Source of the DNA: a virus
IMG/VR virus record: IMGVR_UViG_3300042387_002391
DNA length: 64,000 nucleotides
Reading direction: 5' to 3' (one strand)
The notes under the pieces are model-generated. The model did not search any database. It saw only the letters and a list, made by a program, of their open reading frames with translations, and had not been told where the DNA came from. How positions within the stretch are numbered: the first letter of the stretch is position 1; every line of letters starts with the position of its first letter. Positions 1 to 10,195 of the stretch are shown here, piece by piece. The translations under genes and the position numbers were made by a program.

Positions 1-68
1 TCAGTCTGCCAATGAAGAACACGGAGTTGGTTTTGAAGCTTGACAAGATTAACAATTACCTTTTCCAT
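1..68 (-). CDS. Partial CDS (runs off left edge), probable ferritin/Dps-like phage protein
   Basis: Manual translation from ATG at 68: MEKVIVNLVKLQNQLRVLHWQT..., with a ferritin-like LHWQ motif; TAAATA lies 5 nt upstream of the ATG. Confidence 0.55.
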   Translation of the reverse strand, partial: MEKVIVNLVKLQNQLRVLHWQT

Positions 69-98
69 GCTCTTATTTATTCCGAGTTTTTAAAAATG

Positions 99-665
99 TT
101 AACGAGTACGACGACGAGTATTTGCGACCGTAATAGGTCTGCGAATGTTTGTTTTGCGCCAGAATTGATAAGCAAGAGTTACAGGAACTGTTACAATCGT
201 TCCAGAATCAGCAACGCTATAAGCAGTATCAGCAACGGACACGATATAAGCACCATACATAGTGTACTCGCTGATTGTTGTCATGTCTTTGTCAAATAAT
301 TGCATGATCAATACAGAAGAATCAGAAGGAGTGTTGTAGTCGCCTGTCGAAGTATTATCATTGAATGTCTGGAAGGTATTTTGTTCAAGAACATTGCGGA
401 TGTCATAGCGCTGATCACAGCGGAATGTTACAGAATATCCAGTAGAGCCAGGATAAGTGGCTGTGCCAGGAATGTTGAACGGAAGGCCCATATAAGGAAC
501 TGTTTGGTTTGTGATGGATCTGCCAGGCAATGAAGCAGTTTCAACATAAACAAGATCGTCTTCTGTAAATCCAGTATTTCCGAAACGGACTAGACGAAAT
601 TGAAATTGACGAGCGAAGTCGCGTGTTTGAGCTACTCTGTAGAATGATGTAATGTTTTGAGCCAT
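99..665 (-). CDS. gp19: Tail tube protein (T4 gp19-like)
   Basis: 188 aa with ETASLPGRSI, VPYMG..IPG and VTLAYQFW motifs; downstream of the sheath gene; TAGATAAGTA late-type promoter upstream. Confidence 0.85.
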   Translation of the reverse strand: MAQNITSFYRVAQTRDFARQFQFRLVRFGNTGFTEDDLVYVETASLPGRSITNQTVPYMGLPFNIPGTATYPGSTGYSVTFRCDQRYDIRNVLEQNTFQTFNDNTSTGDYNTPSDSSVLIMQLFDKDMTTISEYTMYGAYIVSVADTAYSVADSGTIVTVPVTLAYQFWRKTNIRRPITVANTRRRTR

Positions 666-799
666 GATTTTACTTATCTAAAATGGTTAAATTTTTAAGG
701 TTTGAAAGGTAGTATTTCCGAATTTATTTATCTGACGTTCGATAATTTTTGTATCAAATAAATGGTTGAACGTATTTAAAATTAAATTAATTAATTCTA

Positions 800-2662
800 A
801 TGAATAATATGAATTTAGATATAGAACTAGTAAAGCAACTAAGAACAAAGCATCCAAAACATTACTGCAAAATTATTAAAAACCATTATCAAGAAATTTA
901 TAAAGCAATTGAAGATTTTGCACAGAATGTGTATTGCGATTACCAAATGAATTTTCCACAAAAAATATATCACTGGATTCACCAGCTTCACAAAATTCCA
1001 CTTTGTCCGATTAAGAATGTACTTTTAAAATTTTATAATCATAAGTTTGAATACAGAAAGTTTAGCGAAAGAGGATTGTTCACAGAAGAGTTTGCAAAAA
1101 ATAGAATGAAGGGAAGAACAAAATTTCCTAATGCCAAAGAAAGAATGGGTGATATTGATGCAAATTTTCGATACGAAGAAAATTATAAGGAACAAGCTTT
1201 TAAGCAAGTCAGCAAAATGTTTGACGAAATACAAAACATTGGGGGAGTTTGTACCGCAATTAAAACCAAAAAGAATGCTAAACTGTATTCTTTTGTTAAA
1301 AATTTATATCCAACAGCAGAAACGTTTTCAGAGTGTTTGTTTTTGCTTTTAAACAACATGTCTGAACCACCTTTGTGTCCATTTTCCAAGCTTCCTTTGC
1401 CTTTTGTAAATTTTAAGCAAGGTTATAAAGACACTCACCCTGCTGCTGTTTGCGATTTAAAGAGACACAAAAGGCAAGAAAAGCTTCAAAATCTCGAAAT
1501 TTTGTCTAAAGAAGAAACAATTGTACAACTTCAAATGATGATAGACGAGCTCAGAAGAAACAATATTTCGATCAATAATTTGAAGCAGTCTGCGGTTAAA
1601 AGATGTCCTAGTTTAGCAATATCGATCGAACAGCACACAAAAACATATACAACTCTTACCAAAAAATGGTCAGAAAGAGCTTATTTGCTTTTGCATGAAG
1701 GCGAATCGAGAGATTTCTCGAAATGCAGATTTTCTTCTTTTGATGAAGGCTACTATGACACATTCGTTAACCCTAACAGTTCGATTGGAGAAGAAAATCT
1801 TGCGAGTTGGATCGAAAGTCTGAGTGTCAGCAAAATAAGGAGGCACGAAAGGCTTTTAAACGGGATGGAGGCAGACATCTATGCCGAGAATGTTAACTTA
1901 GCGATAGAATATCACGGCGAATATTATCATAATTTTGAATTTAGAGGCACAGACTATCACAAGCGAAAAGCAGATGCTGCTTTAACCAAAAATATAAATT
2001 TGCTTCAAATTTTTGAAAGCGAATGGTATAATAAGCAAGAAATAGTAAAGTCTATTATTAAATCTGAACTGGGAATATTCTCTTTCAAAGTTGATGCAGA
2101 ATCGTGCTTAGTTAAGCAACTTGACTCTAAAACAAAAAATGAATTTTTAGTAAAAAACCATATTCAGGGAATCGACCGTTCGATTATTGCTTTTGGCCTT
2201 TATTTCGATGACGAATTAGTCTCTTGTATGACATTCGGAAGAGGATGTAAACAAAAGGACAATCGAATTGAATTAGTTAAATTTTGCAATAAACTAGACA
2301 CTGCAGTAATTGGAGGAGCAAGTAAACTGATAAATGCATTCGCAAAGCAGTTTAAGCCTGCAAAAATTTTTACATTTTCAGACAGAAGATTTGCAAATAG
2401 TAGTAATTTTTACGAAGATTTGGGTTTTAAAAAATGTAACCAAACAATACCGAATTATTTTTACTTCAAATCTAGCATGCCTCAATACATGAAGTTAATC
2501 CACCATTGCAATTTCGCGAAACATTTGCTGCCTCGTAAATTAAAACAGTATGACGCAAATCAAACAGAGTATGAAAATATGAAGCAGAACGGTTACTTTA
2601 AAATTTATGATGCAGGAAGCTTCAGATATGAACTAACTTTTAAACAACCTACCAATGTTTAG
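800..2662 (+). mobile_element. Free-standing Hef-like homing endonuclease gene (PD-(D/E)xK/DUF559-type nuclease plus C-terminal domain)
   Basis: EADIY..NLAIEYHGEYYH, LLQIFESEW, IELVKFC..VIGGASKL, KIYDAG motifs; inserted antisense between sheath and tube genes. Confidence 0.8.
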
Positions 2663-2677
2663 TTGGTAGGTTGTTTT
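2642..2677. terminator. Bidirectional intrinsic terminator between convergent endonuclease and sheath genes
   Basis: aaacaacctaccaa..ttggtaggttgttt inverted repeat followed by a T-rich tract. Confidence 0.7.
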
Positions 2678-2690
2678 CCTTTTTGACTTT

Positions 2691-4793
2691 TTAAATAATT
2701 TCTTGGAAGTTTTGGCTCGTGCGGGTTGCAATAAAGTCAATCAAAATAAATTCCGAACTCCGTACAGCCTTCAAATAAATGCTAACCAAAAGTTCGTTAT
2801 TATCGATGACATCAGGTGTGTTAATTCTTTCGTCGCAGACAATTTCAAAGTCAAAAAGTCCTTCTGTGTTCTTTGCAAACTCAAAAATTGGAGTAATAAC
2901 ACTCTTCAGACGAGTCCTTGTAAATTCGGTATTTGGTTCAAACACAAAATACTTCAAGGTTCTTTGAGTTGCTCTTTCGAGAGTTAGGAACAATCTGCGA
3001 ACATTGATGCGATCAAAAGCAGTTGGTTTTGTTTGAAGGGTTTTTTGACCCATTACAGCAAATCCGTCTCCACTAAAGAACACAACAGGGTTTACAGAAA
3101 TTTCATAAAGTCTGTCGCGTTGTTTTTGATTTGGATTGAAAGCAATATCGAGAGCATTGAAAGTGCCTCTGTTGAGACCTGCTGGAGCAAACCATGGTTG
3201 AGAGACCGCATCATTGCGAGCAAATGTTGCAGCAGCATAACCTGAAAACGGTACCCACATTCTGCGACCTGTAAAGATATCAGAAACTTTGACCCAGTTA
3301 CCATACATTGCAGCATAGTTGCTTTCAGAGCTAGCAATCTCTTTGAGGGGATTGTAAATGTCTTGGGTAAATGTTTTTCCTTCAGAATCAATTACTTTTG
3401 AGTCTCTGCCCAATACAAAAATAGGACGAAGAGGATCGATAATTGCCATGCAATCTTTGCGAGTATTTTGAGCAAAGTTGACAAGTGTGTCAGAAACTGC
3501 GCGGAAGTCATCAGTCAAGGCAGAAACATCGCTGACGAATGTTTCATCATTGAAGGAGCTAATTCCGAGCGTATTTGTCATTGCAAATACTGTAGAAAGA
3601 CCGGCATCAACAATAACATCAACAATAGTGTTTTCAATGCTTTCGAGAGGACGAAGAGCTTTGTCAAGCTTTCCTGGAACGCTTCCGATAACTTTCGAAA
3701 CGTCTTGTGAGCGGCTGTCGGGAGTAAAGACGCCAAGAGGGAAGAGAGCTTTGGCTCCGTCAGTAACAGTAACGCGAGAGGTCGGAAGAGTGGAGTTAAC
3801 AGCCCATTGATAGCTCTTAGAGATTGCTGGGTTGATATACATCTTAATTGTCGGAGAGGCATCGTTGATATTATCTCCAATGAATGCGTTTGAAAGAATG
3901 CCACCAGTTGGGCTTACTTGGCGTCTGTTATAATCAAATGAGCCGAGGTACTTTTCAGTTGTTGCGAGGGTTAACATTGTTGCGTCTGAAGTAGAACGAC
4001 GAACTTTATAAACACCGAGGGAAAGATGATCTTGATATTCATCAGTTTCGAAACCGATGAAGCCAACCTTTTCGAGAGATTCAGAAATGCTATACAAGCC
4101 TCTGTTGCTGTCTGCAAGAGTTGCTGAAAGAGCAAAGTCGATGCGATCTGTCGTAATCGAACCAAATGTATCAGAAGCAGTAAGAGTCGTTAGAGCAAGA
4201 ACCGATTCGAAGTTTGGTGAGCTGGTGGAAACCGCAAGGTTGTCTGCAAAGCCAACATAGTAGCCTTCTGCATATTCATTGACAACTGTTTGGAGGTCAT
4301 TAAGAATGAAGAAGCCGGCGTTAATTTCGACATCACCTGTAAGTTTAGCAGAAAGAACGGAAGAACCGGTGCCAACCCAATCAAAGTTGCCTTCAACGAG
4401 CTTTGTGTATTGCTCTTGGCTCATGCTTGCCGCAATTGGCGCACCAATCTCCCATTCGCCAGTTGCTGAAGTCATTGGATAGAATAGAGCTCCAAAAGAA
4501 TTGGAATAAGCAGAACCAGTGTTTGCTCCGTATGGTAAACGAACAGTGTTCAGAACGCCAGGAGAATTGAGAACTTCTTTACAGCTGTAGTAAAAGTACA
4601 TTTCAGCTGGTGTCGAAGGAATGCCGTAAATTGATTCAAATTCGCTTGTTGAAGTAATCAACAAAGGCTCGCTGACAGGACCTTGGGGAGCAAAGCCAGG
4701 AACAACGATTGTCGTGCCTGCTTGAATTTGTGTACGAAGTGAAAGATCTTTTTCAGTAATCTGAACGCCGGGTGAGTTAATGATTCTTGCCAT
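2691..4793 (-). CDS. gp18: Contractile tail sheath protein (gp18)
   Basis: SPGVQITEKDLS N-terminus; PWFAPAGLNRG, DRINVRRLF and FEPN motifs. Confidence 0.95.
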   Translation of the reverse strand: MARIINSPGVQITEKDLSLRTQIQAGTTIVVPGFAPQGPVSEPLLITSTSEFESIYGIPSTPAEMYFYYSCKEVLNSPGVLNTVRLPYGANTGSAYSNSFGALFYPMTSATGEWEIGAPIAASMSQEQYTKLVEGNFDWVGTGSSVLSAKLTGDVEINAGFFILNDLQTVVNEYAEGYYVGFADNLAVSTSSPNFESVLALTTLTASDTFGSITTDRIDFALSATLADSNRGLYSISESLEKVGFIGFETDEYQDHLSLGVYKVRRSTSDATMLTLATTEKYLGSFDYNRRQVSPTGGILSNAFIGDNINDASPTIKMYINPAISKSYQWAVNSTLPTSRVTVTDGAKALFPLGVFTPDSRSQDVSKVIGSVPGKLDKALRPLESIENTIVDVIVDAGLSTVFAMTNTLGISSFNDETFVSDVSALTDDFRAVSDTLVNFAQNTRKDCMAIIDPLRPIFVLGRDSKVIDSEGKTFTQDIYNPLKEIASSESNYAAMYGNWVKVSDIFTGRRMWVPFSGYAAATFARNDAVSQPWFAPAGLNRGTFNALDIAFNPNQKQRDRLYEISVNPVVFFSGDGFAVMGQKTLQTKPTAFDRINVRRLFLTLERATQRTLKYFVFEPNTEFTRTRLKSVITPIFEFAKNTEGLFDFEIVCDERINTPDVIDNNELLVSIYLKAVRSSEFILIDFIATRTSQNFQEII

Positions 4794-4865
4794 ATATTTT
4801 ATTTATCTAATTTCGGATTATTTTTTCGTTTGCGCATAAAAAACCTGTATTTTTGCGTGCAAATT

Positions 4866-5486
4866 TTATTTAATGGCGTTCAGATTATTTTTCTTCTTTC
4901 TAATCATATTAAATTGATTAAATTGAAAATCCGCAGTAGTTTCAAGAATTTCTCCGTCTCTATAAGAATAGTTAATTCCTCTCAAATTTGTAATAAAAGC
5001 ATTGTGATAAACAAATTCGACAACAGTTTCATTATATTCATTCAGTGCAAGAATTGAAAAAGTGGTTTGATATTCATTAACCATTCCGCTTTCCATGCTT
5101 GCTGCAGCAGTCATCAAAGCTCCTGGTGTTCCATCATAAATACTCAAGCGCGGATCATTCAAAACAGCAAGCCATCTCCACAACACATAATAATTTTTAT
5201 AATCATTATCAACAACAAAGTTAACAGAAATTGGGGGATGGTTTGGACGATGGTGTGAAGAAAAGTTCAGTGTCTGACCGACCCAATCTACTTCCACGGC
5301 TGGTACAGTAATGTCTGGCACAATTGTTCCGTGAACACTAATTTGCACAGAATCAATATCTAAGTCTGGATCGGTTTTGCTCATCTCTCTTAAAATCTTC
5401 GGAAGAGTTAAGACAAGAATAAACTTATCCTTCGAAGCAACGTTCAAAGGAGACTGGAGTGTTGGATTTTGGCAAATTTCAGACAT
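4866..5486 (-). CDS. gp3: Tail completion/sheath stabiliser (gp3-like)
   Basis: ISVNFVVDNDYKNYYVLWRWL motif; position next to the sheath gene. Confidence 0.65.
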   Translation of the reverse strand: MSEICQNPTLQSPLNVASKDKFILVLTLPKILREMSKTDPDLDIDSVQISVHGTIVPDITVPAVEVDWVGQTLNFSSHHRPNHPPISVNFVVDNDYKNYYVLWRWLAVLNDPRLSIYDGTPGALMTAAASMESGMVNEYQTTFSILALNEYNETVVEFVYHNAFITNLRGINYSYRDGEILETTADFQFNQFNMIRKKKNNLNAIK

Positions 5487-7449
5487 CTTGGTTGTAATAT
5501 GTGTATCCCATTTCTAGGAGCGATTCTTCATCTAAATCATACTTATCAAGAGTTTCAAGTTCTTTCTGAGTAATTCCGAGAGCTGGATATGCAAGATTTT
5601 CTTCAGCAGCTGGTTTCGGAACAACTGAAGGATTTTTACTAAGATCTTTCAAATCATAATTTTCTGTAAAGTTTTCCCAGTAACCATTCGGAACAATTTT
5701 TAAAGGATGGTTCTGTAAGTCAAAATCTACAATCTGAAAGTATTGTTCGACTATTTCGGTTTTGAGAATGAATAAAGCCCAAGTAAGAGCCATAATTCTA
5801 TCGTCGAAGAATTTATCTGTTCTTTTTTTATAAACGCCATTTGGATGTTTCACAAATGTTTCAAACTCAGAAATTGTTTGCGGGTCGTTTATTTGTACGC
5901 ATTGCAAATGATTTACCCAATATCTCATATTTCCAATTCCGTCACTTCTGATATTTGTATGAGAAAGTACTCCAAGATTTCTTGTTGTATTGTATTTGTC
6001 TGAAGTAGATATTTTTGAATATGCAACAATTTTTTCGTAATTGTGATGATAATGCAGAGCATCAATAACTTGGGCACCGCAATTGTTTCTTTCAATCAGT
6101 ATTGGAGGCACACCCCAAGATTGTCCGATTGTTAGCAGTTTATTTGCAAAGTGGTATGGTTCAATAACTGCTGAACCGTATACAGCCACTTGCTGAATGT
6201 TTTGAAGATCCGTTACATCAAGAATTTGAGCAACAGATGCTGCTCTTCCAATACCTTCTCCAACGTCTACTCCGATTACATAAAGTTTATTCTTATCGGG
6301 ATATTCAAAGACGCTGTAGTCACCTTCTTCTGAAGTCCAAATCGGAGGCTTTTTAGTTTGTTTAAATCTTTCTATGAGAAGTGCTCCAACTGCTGAGGTG
6401 GAGTCGTCAAGGAAGCAATTATGAACTAGCACGCCGTTTGCATAGTAACAAGAACCATCAACACTTATGAGATCATATACCCATCTTTTTTGTTTGATCT
6501 TTTTTATGTTAGTAATCTTTTGCAGTTCTCCTCGCTCTCCTTCTAAAAAATCTCCTACGCTTAGCGAATCAGCTATCTTGAGTTCTCCTTCTACGATAAA
6601 CGGATGCTTTAGTGACGCAACTATTTTTGTTCTGTCTGTTGTAAACTCTAAAACATTTTTCTTGAGTCTCTGAACTCCTTTAAATGAACGAAGTCCCCAA
6701 GGTGTAGACACTTTTAAATTTTTGTCGTTAATAGCTACATTTTCTGAGAGCAATTCTTTAAAAAGATCGTATAAGTCTCGGATTTTATAAAATTTTGAAT
6801 CTCCTTCGTTGCTTATGTAAACTTGTGACGAACCTCCTACGCAATTGTTAAATTCTTGCAAGAACTTTTCTTCTGATCCGAGAGCAGCAATCATTGTCTC
6901 TTTCCATGCTTGATCTCTTCCAGGAACTTCCCACCAATCAATTCTTTCTGCTTTCCAAGGCGGATTTAAGTTCTGTTCAGCCTGTGAATATATTTCGTAA
7001 AATTTATTTCCGACTCCCTGTGGCGTACTCACCAGTAATATTTTAGACTTTTTGCCAGACGAAATTGTAGGAATAACCGATGACCAAAATTCTTCAAGCA
7101 AGTGTGTATTGTGATGGAGAACTCCGTTTGAGTAAAACATCCGACTAGGCACATCAACAATATCATACACAAAATCTTTGTTTTTCAGCTTTTCTTTTGC
7201 AATAACTTTATCGAGACCACTCTTTGTTTGAATAATTCTATTCTTGCAATTTCTAACAAGCAAACTATCGCCCTTTTTGTCTATTAGTGAATGGTTTGCT
7301 GACGCTTTAAATGTTAAGCCAGATCTCGTTGTAATTTTATAAATGGACTTTGGTCGGTATTTGGCAACACCTTTAAAAACTTCCCATCCATTAGGCGTTT
7401 CTATTTTTATGCCTTTTGTATTTGGTTTAAACTCAATTAAATCCTTCAT
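5479..7449 (-). CDS. terL: Large terminase fragment 3: IntC (114 aa) + ATPase C-part + cis mini-intein + nuclease domain
   Basis: NGVLHHN|THLL junction; VSTPQG coupling motif; QEFNN|CVGG...NGVLVHN|CFL; IGVDVGEG and DDRIMAL nuclease motifs. Confidence 0.9.
   Translation of the reverse strand: MKDLIEFKPNTKGIKIETPNGWEVFKGVAKYRPKSIYKITTRSGLTFKASANHSLIDKKGDSLLVRNCKNRIIQTKSGLDKVIAKEKLKNKDFVYDIVDVPSRMFYSNGVLHHNTHLLEEFWSSVIPTISSGKKSKILLVSTPQGVGNKFYEIYSQAEQNLNPPWKAERIDWWEVPGRDQAWKETMIAALGSEEKFLQEFNNCVGGSSQVYISNEGDSKFYKIRDLYDLFKELLSENVAINDKNLKVSTPWGLRSFKGVQRLKKNVLEFTTDRTKIVASLKHPFIVEGELKIADSLSVGDFLEGERGELQKITNIKKIKQKRWVYDLISVDGSCYYANGVLVHNCFLDDSTSAVGALLIERFKQTKKPPIWTSEEGDYSVFEYPDKNKLYVIGVDVGEGIGRAASVAQILDVTDLQNIQQVAVYGSAVIEPYHFANKLLTIGQSWGVPPILIERNNCGAQVIDALHYHHNYEKIVAYSKISTSDKYNTTRNLGVLSHTNIRSDGIGNMRYWVNHLQCVQINDPQTISEFETFVKHPNGVYKKRTDKFFDDRIMALTWALFILKTEIVEQYFQIVDFDLQNHPLKIVPNGYWENFTENYDLKDLSKNPSVVPKPAAEENLAYPALGITQKELETLDKYDLDEESLLEMGYTYYNQDV
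6418..6843 (-). mobile_element. Cis mini-intein (142 aa) in terL
   Basis: Starts CVGGSSQV, block B ASLKHPF, ends YANGVLVHN, followed by Cys. Confidence 0.9.
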
Positions 7450-7535
7450 AATTGATTATATAACTCATCTATGGTTGAAGAAACAATTTGATTTTCAGAG
7501 TTCATCAGATTAATTTTTGAGTCTCCTTGGAGACA
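7108..7535 (-). mobile_element. Atypically split intein 2 of terL: IntN 29 aa (7449-7535) + IntC 114 aa (7108-7449)
   Basis: CLQGDSKINL...IDELYNQL*, then an ATGA overlap into MKDLIEF...ASANH...NGVLHHN|T. Confidence 0.85.
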
Positions 7536-8612
7536 CTCTATGAACGCACATTCGTCAACCATGACGCAATTATGCGCTTGCAAACCGTTTGCAAAAAAGT
7601 GATGGTGCTCTGTCTCAATTACATCAAAAACTTCTGTTAGTTTATTCTTAGAAATTTCTTCAATCGAAATTATTTTTTCTGGTCCGTCAACGGTTTGAAT
7701 AATATCACTAATGCTGAAATTTTTTGCTTGCTTAAATTCCGACGAGTTAAAAAATAACAAATGATCTTCTGTACAAGAAACTTCCTTTTTGCTTTCTGTA
7801 GTTAATTTTAAAATGGGACTACTGACAGTGCTTCTTTTAATTCCCGAAAAGCTGCTCCAACCTGTTCCGGTTAGTACTTTAGAATTTTGTGTATTAAGCT
7901 TTTGTTTGAGTGTTTGCTCAAAAGGATTCCCAAATATTTCAAAAGCTTTTGATAATGTTATCTCTCTCTGATCAGACTCTCTGTCGTTAATTGTTATTTT
8001 GCAATCTCCTGTAAGACAGTTTAAAGAATCGCCGCGAATAGAAGTAGCTGTCGTAGTCGAAACTATAATGCTCGAGTCGTTGCCGAGCGTCATTCCAGTT
8101 TTTGCATAATCTTTTACACCTGGTTTGATATAGTTTGGAAGCTGTTCGTAAGCCATCCTAATTCTTTTAAAAATGTTGATTGCTGTTGTTTCTTTATTAG
8201 CTACAATAGCAACTCTATAGTCGTCATGAAAACAAACCATCCAAAGTGAAAAGATAGTAAGAAGTGTCGAATTGTGAGACAAAATACCGTTAGAATAAAA
8301 TCTGTGATTATCATCTTTCACAGCAACGTCATACATATTTTCGATCTTATCTGTCTTTTTGATTGAAGTAATTTTTTGAAGGCCCTTTTCTGTCATGATC
8401 TCATCGCCCTCTCGAAGATCTTTTACATAAACTTCTTGCAAATATTTTTTGTAGACAATGTGTTCGTCAGCACACTCTAGAAAAAAATTTTTAGTTTTAA
8501 TTTTCCAGACTTGGTACGGAATAGTTTTGTAAGCAGCCTCAAGATCTTGCCAGCCACTGTCAGTCATTATTTCGTAATCTGAAATTTTTCTTGTTTCGAT
8601 GATTTCTGCCAT
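7446..8612 (-). CDS. terL: Large terminase fragment 2: IntC + 84-aa extein + cis intein + 11-aa Walker B extein + IntN
   Basis: NGILSHN|STLL; ANKETTA; SIRGDSLN|CLTGD...NGLQAHN|CVMVDECAFIE|CLQGD; segment lengths 114+84+150+11+29 = 388 aa. Confidence 0.9.
   Translation of the reverse strand: MAEIIETRKISDYEIMTDSGWQDLEAAYKTIPYQVWKIKTKNFFLECADEHIVYKKYLQEVYVKDLREGDEIMTEKGLQKITSIKKTDKIENMYDVAVKDDNHRFYSNGILSHNSTLLTIFSLWMVCFHDDYRVAIVANKETTAINIFKRIRMAYEQLPNYIKPGVKDYAKTGMTLGNDSSIIVSTTTATSIRGDSLNCLTGDCKITINDRESDQREITLSKAFEIFGNPFEQTLKQKLNTQNSKVLTGTGWSSFSGIKRSTVSSPILKLTTESKKEVSCTEDHLLFFNSSEFKQAKNFSISDIIQTVDGPEKIISIEEISKNKLTEVFDVIETEHHHFFANGLQAHNCVMVDECAFIECLQGDSKINLMNSENQIVSSTIDELYNQL
7569..8018 (-). mobile_element. 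Cis mini-intein (150 aa) in terL
   Basis: CLTGDCKI start, CTEDH block B, FANGLQAHN end, followed by Cys. Confidence 0.9.
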
Positions 8613-10195
8613 TTTCTTTAATTAGTTTGTTTAATTTCTTTTAAAACAGGAGGCTCTAAAAGAAATTCTAAGCAAGTGTTAAGAATTTTTTGTTTGTCTT
8701 TGTAATAATCCATTTCTGGAATGTGCAAAATCTTGCAGTTAATTGCTTCTACAATTTGTTGATCTCTTTTTTGATCATTTTGAGTTCCTCTTCGATTTCT
8801 TTCGTCGTGCCAATATGCTCCATCAAATTCAATGCACTTGTTAATGCTCTTAATAAAGAAATCCAACCTTCTGTAAGTAGTAGATGTTTGAACTTTGTAT
8901 TCAAGAGTTTTTCCCGTATCTTCTTTAGCACCATTGTTAAAGGTTGCAAAGAAAATATCCGAAGGATCAAACAATTGTTTTATTTTCTCGTAAATTGACC
9001 AAAATAATTCTTGTGAAACCTTTGAATATACAGAAGATTTGTTTGAATCCATCCATTTTTTTGTAATTCCTTTTCTAATTTCTGTTGCTTCTTCAAACGA
9101 GCATTCGTGTCTCCTAGCAATAGCTTCTACAGAATTTGTTGTTTGTCTTTCTCTCACTTTTTCTTTTGCCTCTTCTTCTGTATATCCTCTTTTCAACCAA
9201 TAACCTTTTTGGTTTGGCATATTTTGAAGTTCTTTTTGTCTTTGGCTAATTTTTTCTCCGTTATCGTTTCTATTCTCAAATTTGTTGTGCCACAAAACGT
9301 TGCAAGACGAATTGTGACAAAAGTTTCTGTAGCCTGCTTCAATATTGTAGAACGGAACTGGTTTACAGCACCATTTACAAGTGCCTGTTGCAGAAGGATC
9401 AACATATTTTTTGTAGTAGTCCTCCAGAGGCATTTGCAATTTTGCTATGTGCAATGAAAGTCTGCTGAGAGAGGGAAATTTTTCGCCGTCAATTGCGCAT
9501 TGATATGTTAAATCGTCTGTTGTATATACGCCTTTCTTGAGTTTAGAATCTCTGTTATAGTGAAGCGTGCAGCAAGCATTTGTTCTAGTTTGTTCATAAG
9601 GAACTTTGTTGTCGCAAGAAGCAAGTCTGCATTTTGTATCATCCAAAATGTATTTGTTGTAAAGAAATTTTTTCTGCTCACTAGAGAAGTTATTTTTTGT
9701 CATGCACAAAGCAATTCCTGCCCAACCTGAAAAATAATTGTTGATTTCTTCTACGTATATAAAATTTTTGATGGCTGATTTGCATTTTTCTTTGTCCTTG
9801 TATTTTTTAAAAGTCTTTTTAATAATCACTCCGCAAAACAAGCCGCAAGATTTATATGTCTCGTAAGTTAGTTTGCGGTCAGTAATCATGCACCTCGGAC
9901 ATATGTCGGAAGTAAAAATAAAGGTATCATAAAAATTCTTGACGTTGTTCTTTCCCTCTTTTGTAGACACAGCTCTCAGCAGGCCTGTAACGTTGTTGTA
10001 ATTTTTATTTTGGTAGGTTATATGGTTTGCCATAAAGTTATTTATCTACCTTTAAGGCCTTTTCAACTTTGACTCGAAACTAAAATTGCTGCTAGACTAT
10101 TTAGAAGCTAGTTCGAACAAGTCTTTGACTGAAATTTCCTGTATTTCTCCAGTCTTTTTGTTGCGAACCTTTATAATACTTTCAGATTGAAGGCA
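8271..10195 (-). mobile_element. Atypically split intein 1 of terL: IntN 32 aa (10100-10195) and IntC 114 aa (8271-8612) flanking an endonuclease gene
   Basis: RQVGK|CLQSESIIKVR...KDLFELASK* and MAEIIE...CADEH...NGILSHN|S; splicing would restore Walker A RQVGKST. Confidence 0.88.
8618..10033 (-). mobile_element. Free-standing homing endonuclease gene (Vsr-like/DUF559 PD-(D/E)xK domain, Zn-finger modules)
   Basis: LDFFIKSINKCIEFDGAYWH; CKWC..F....GYRNFC module; sits between the split-intein halves. Confidence 0.85.
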
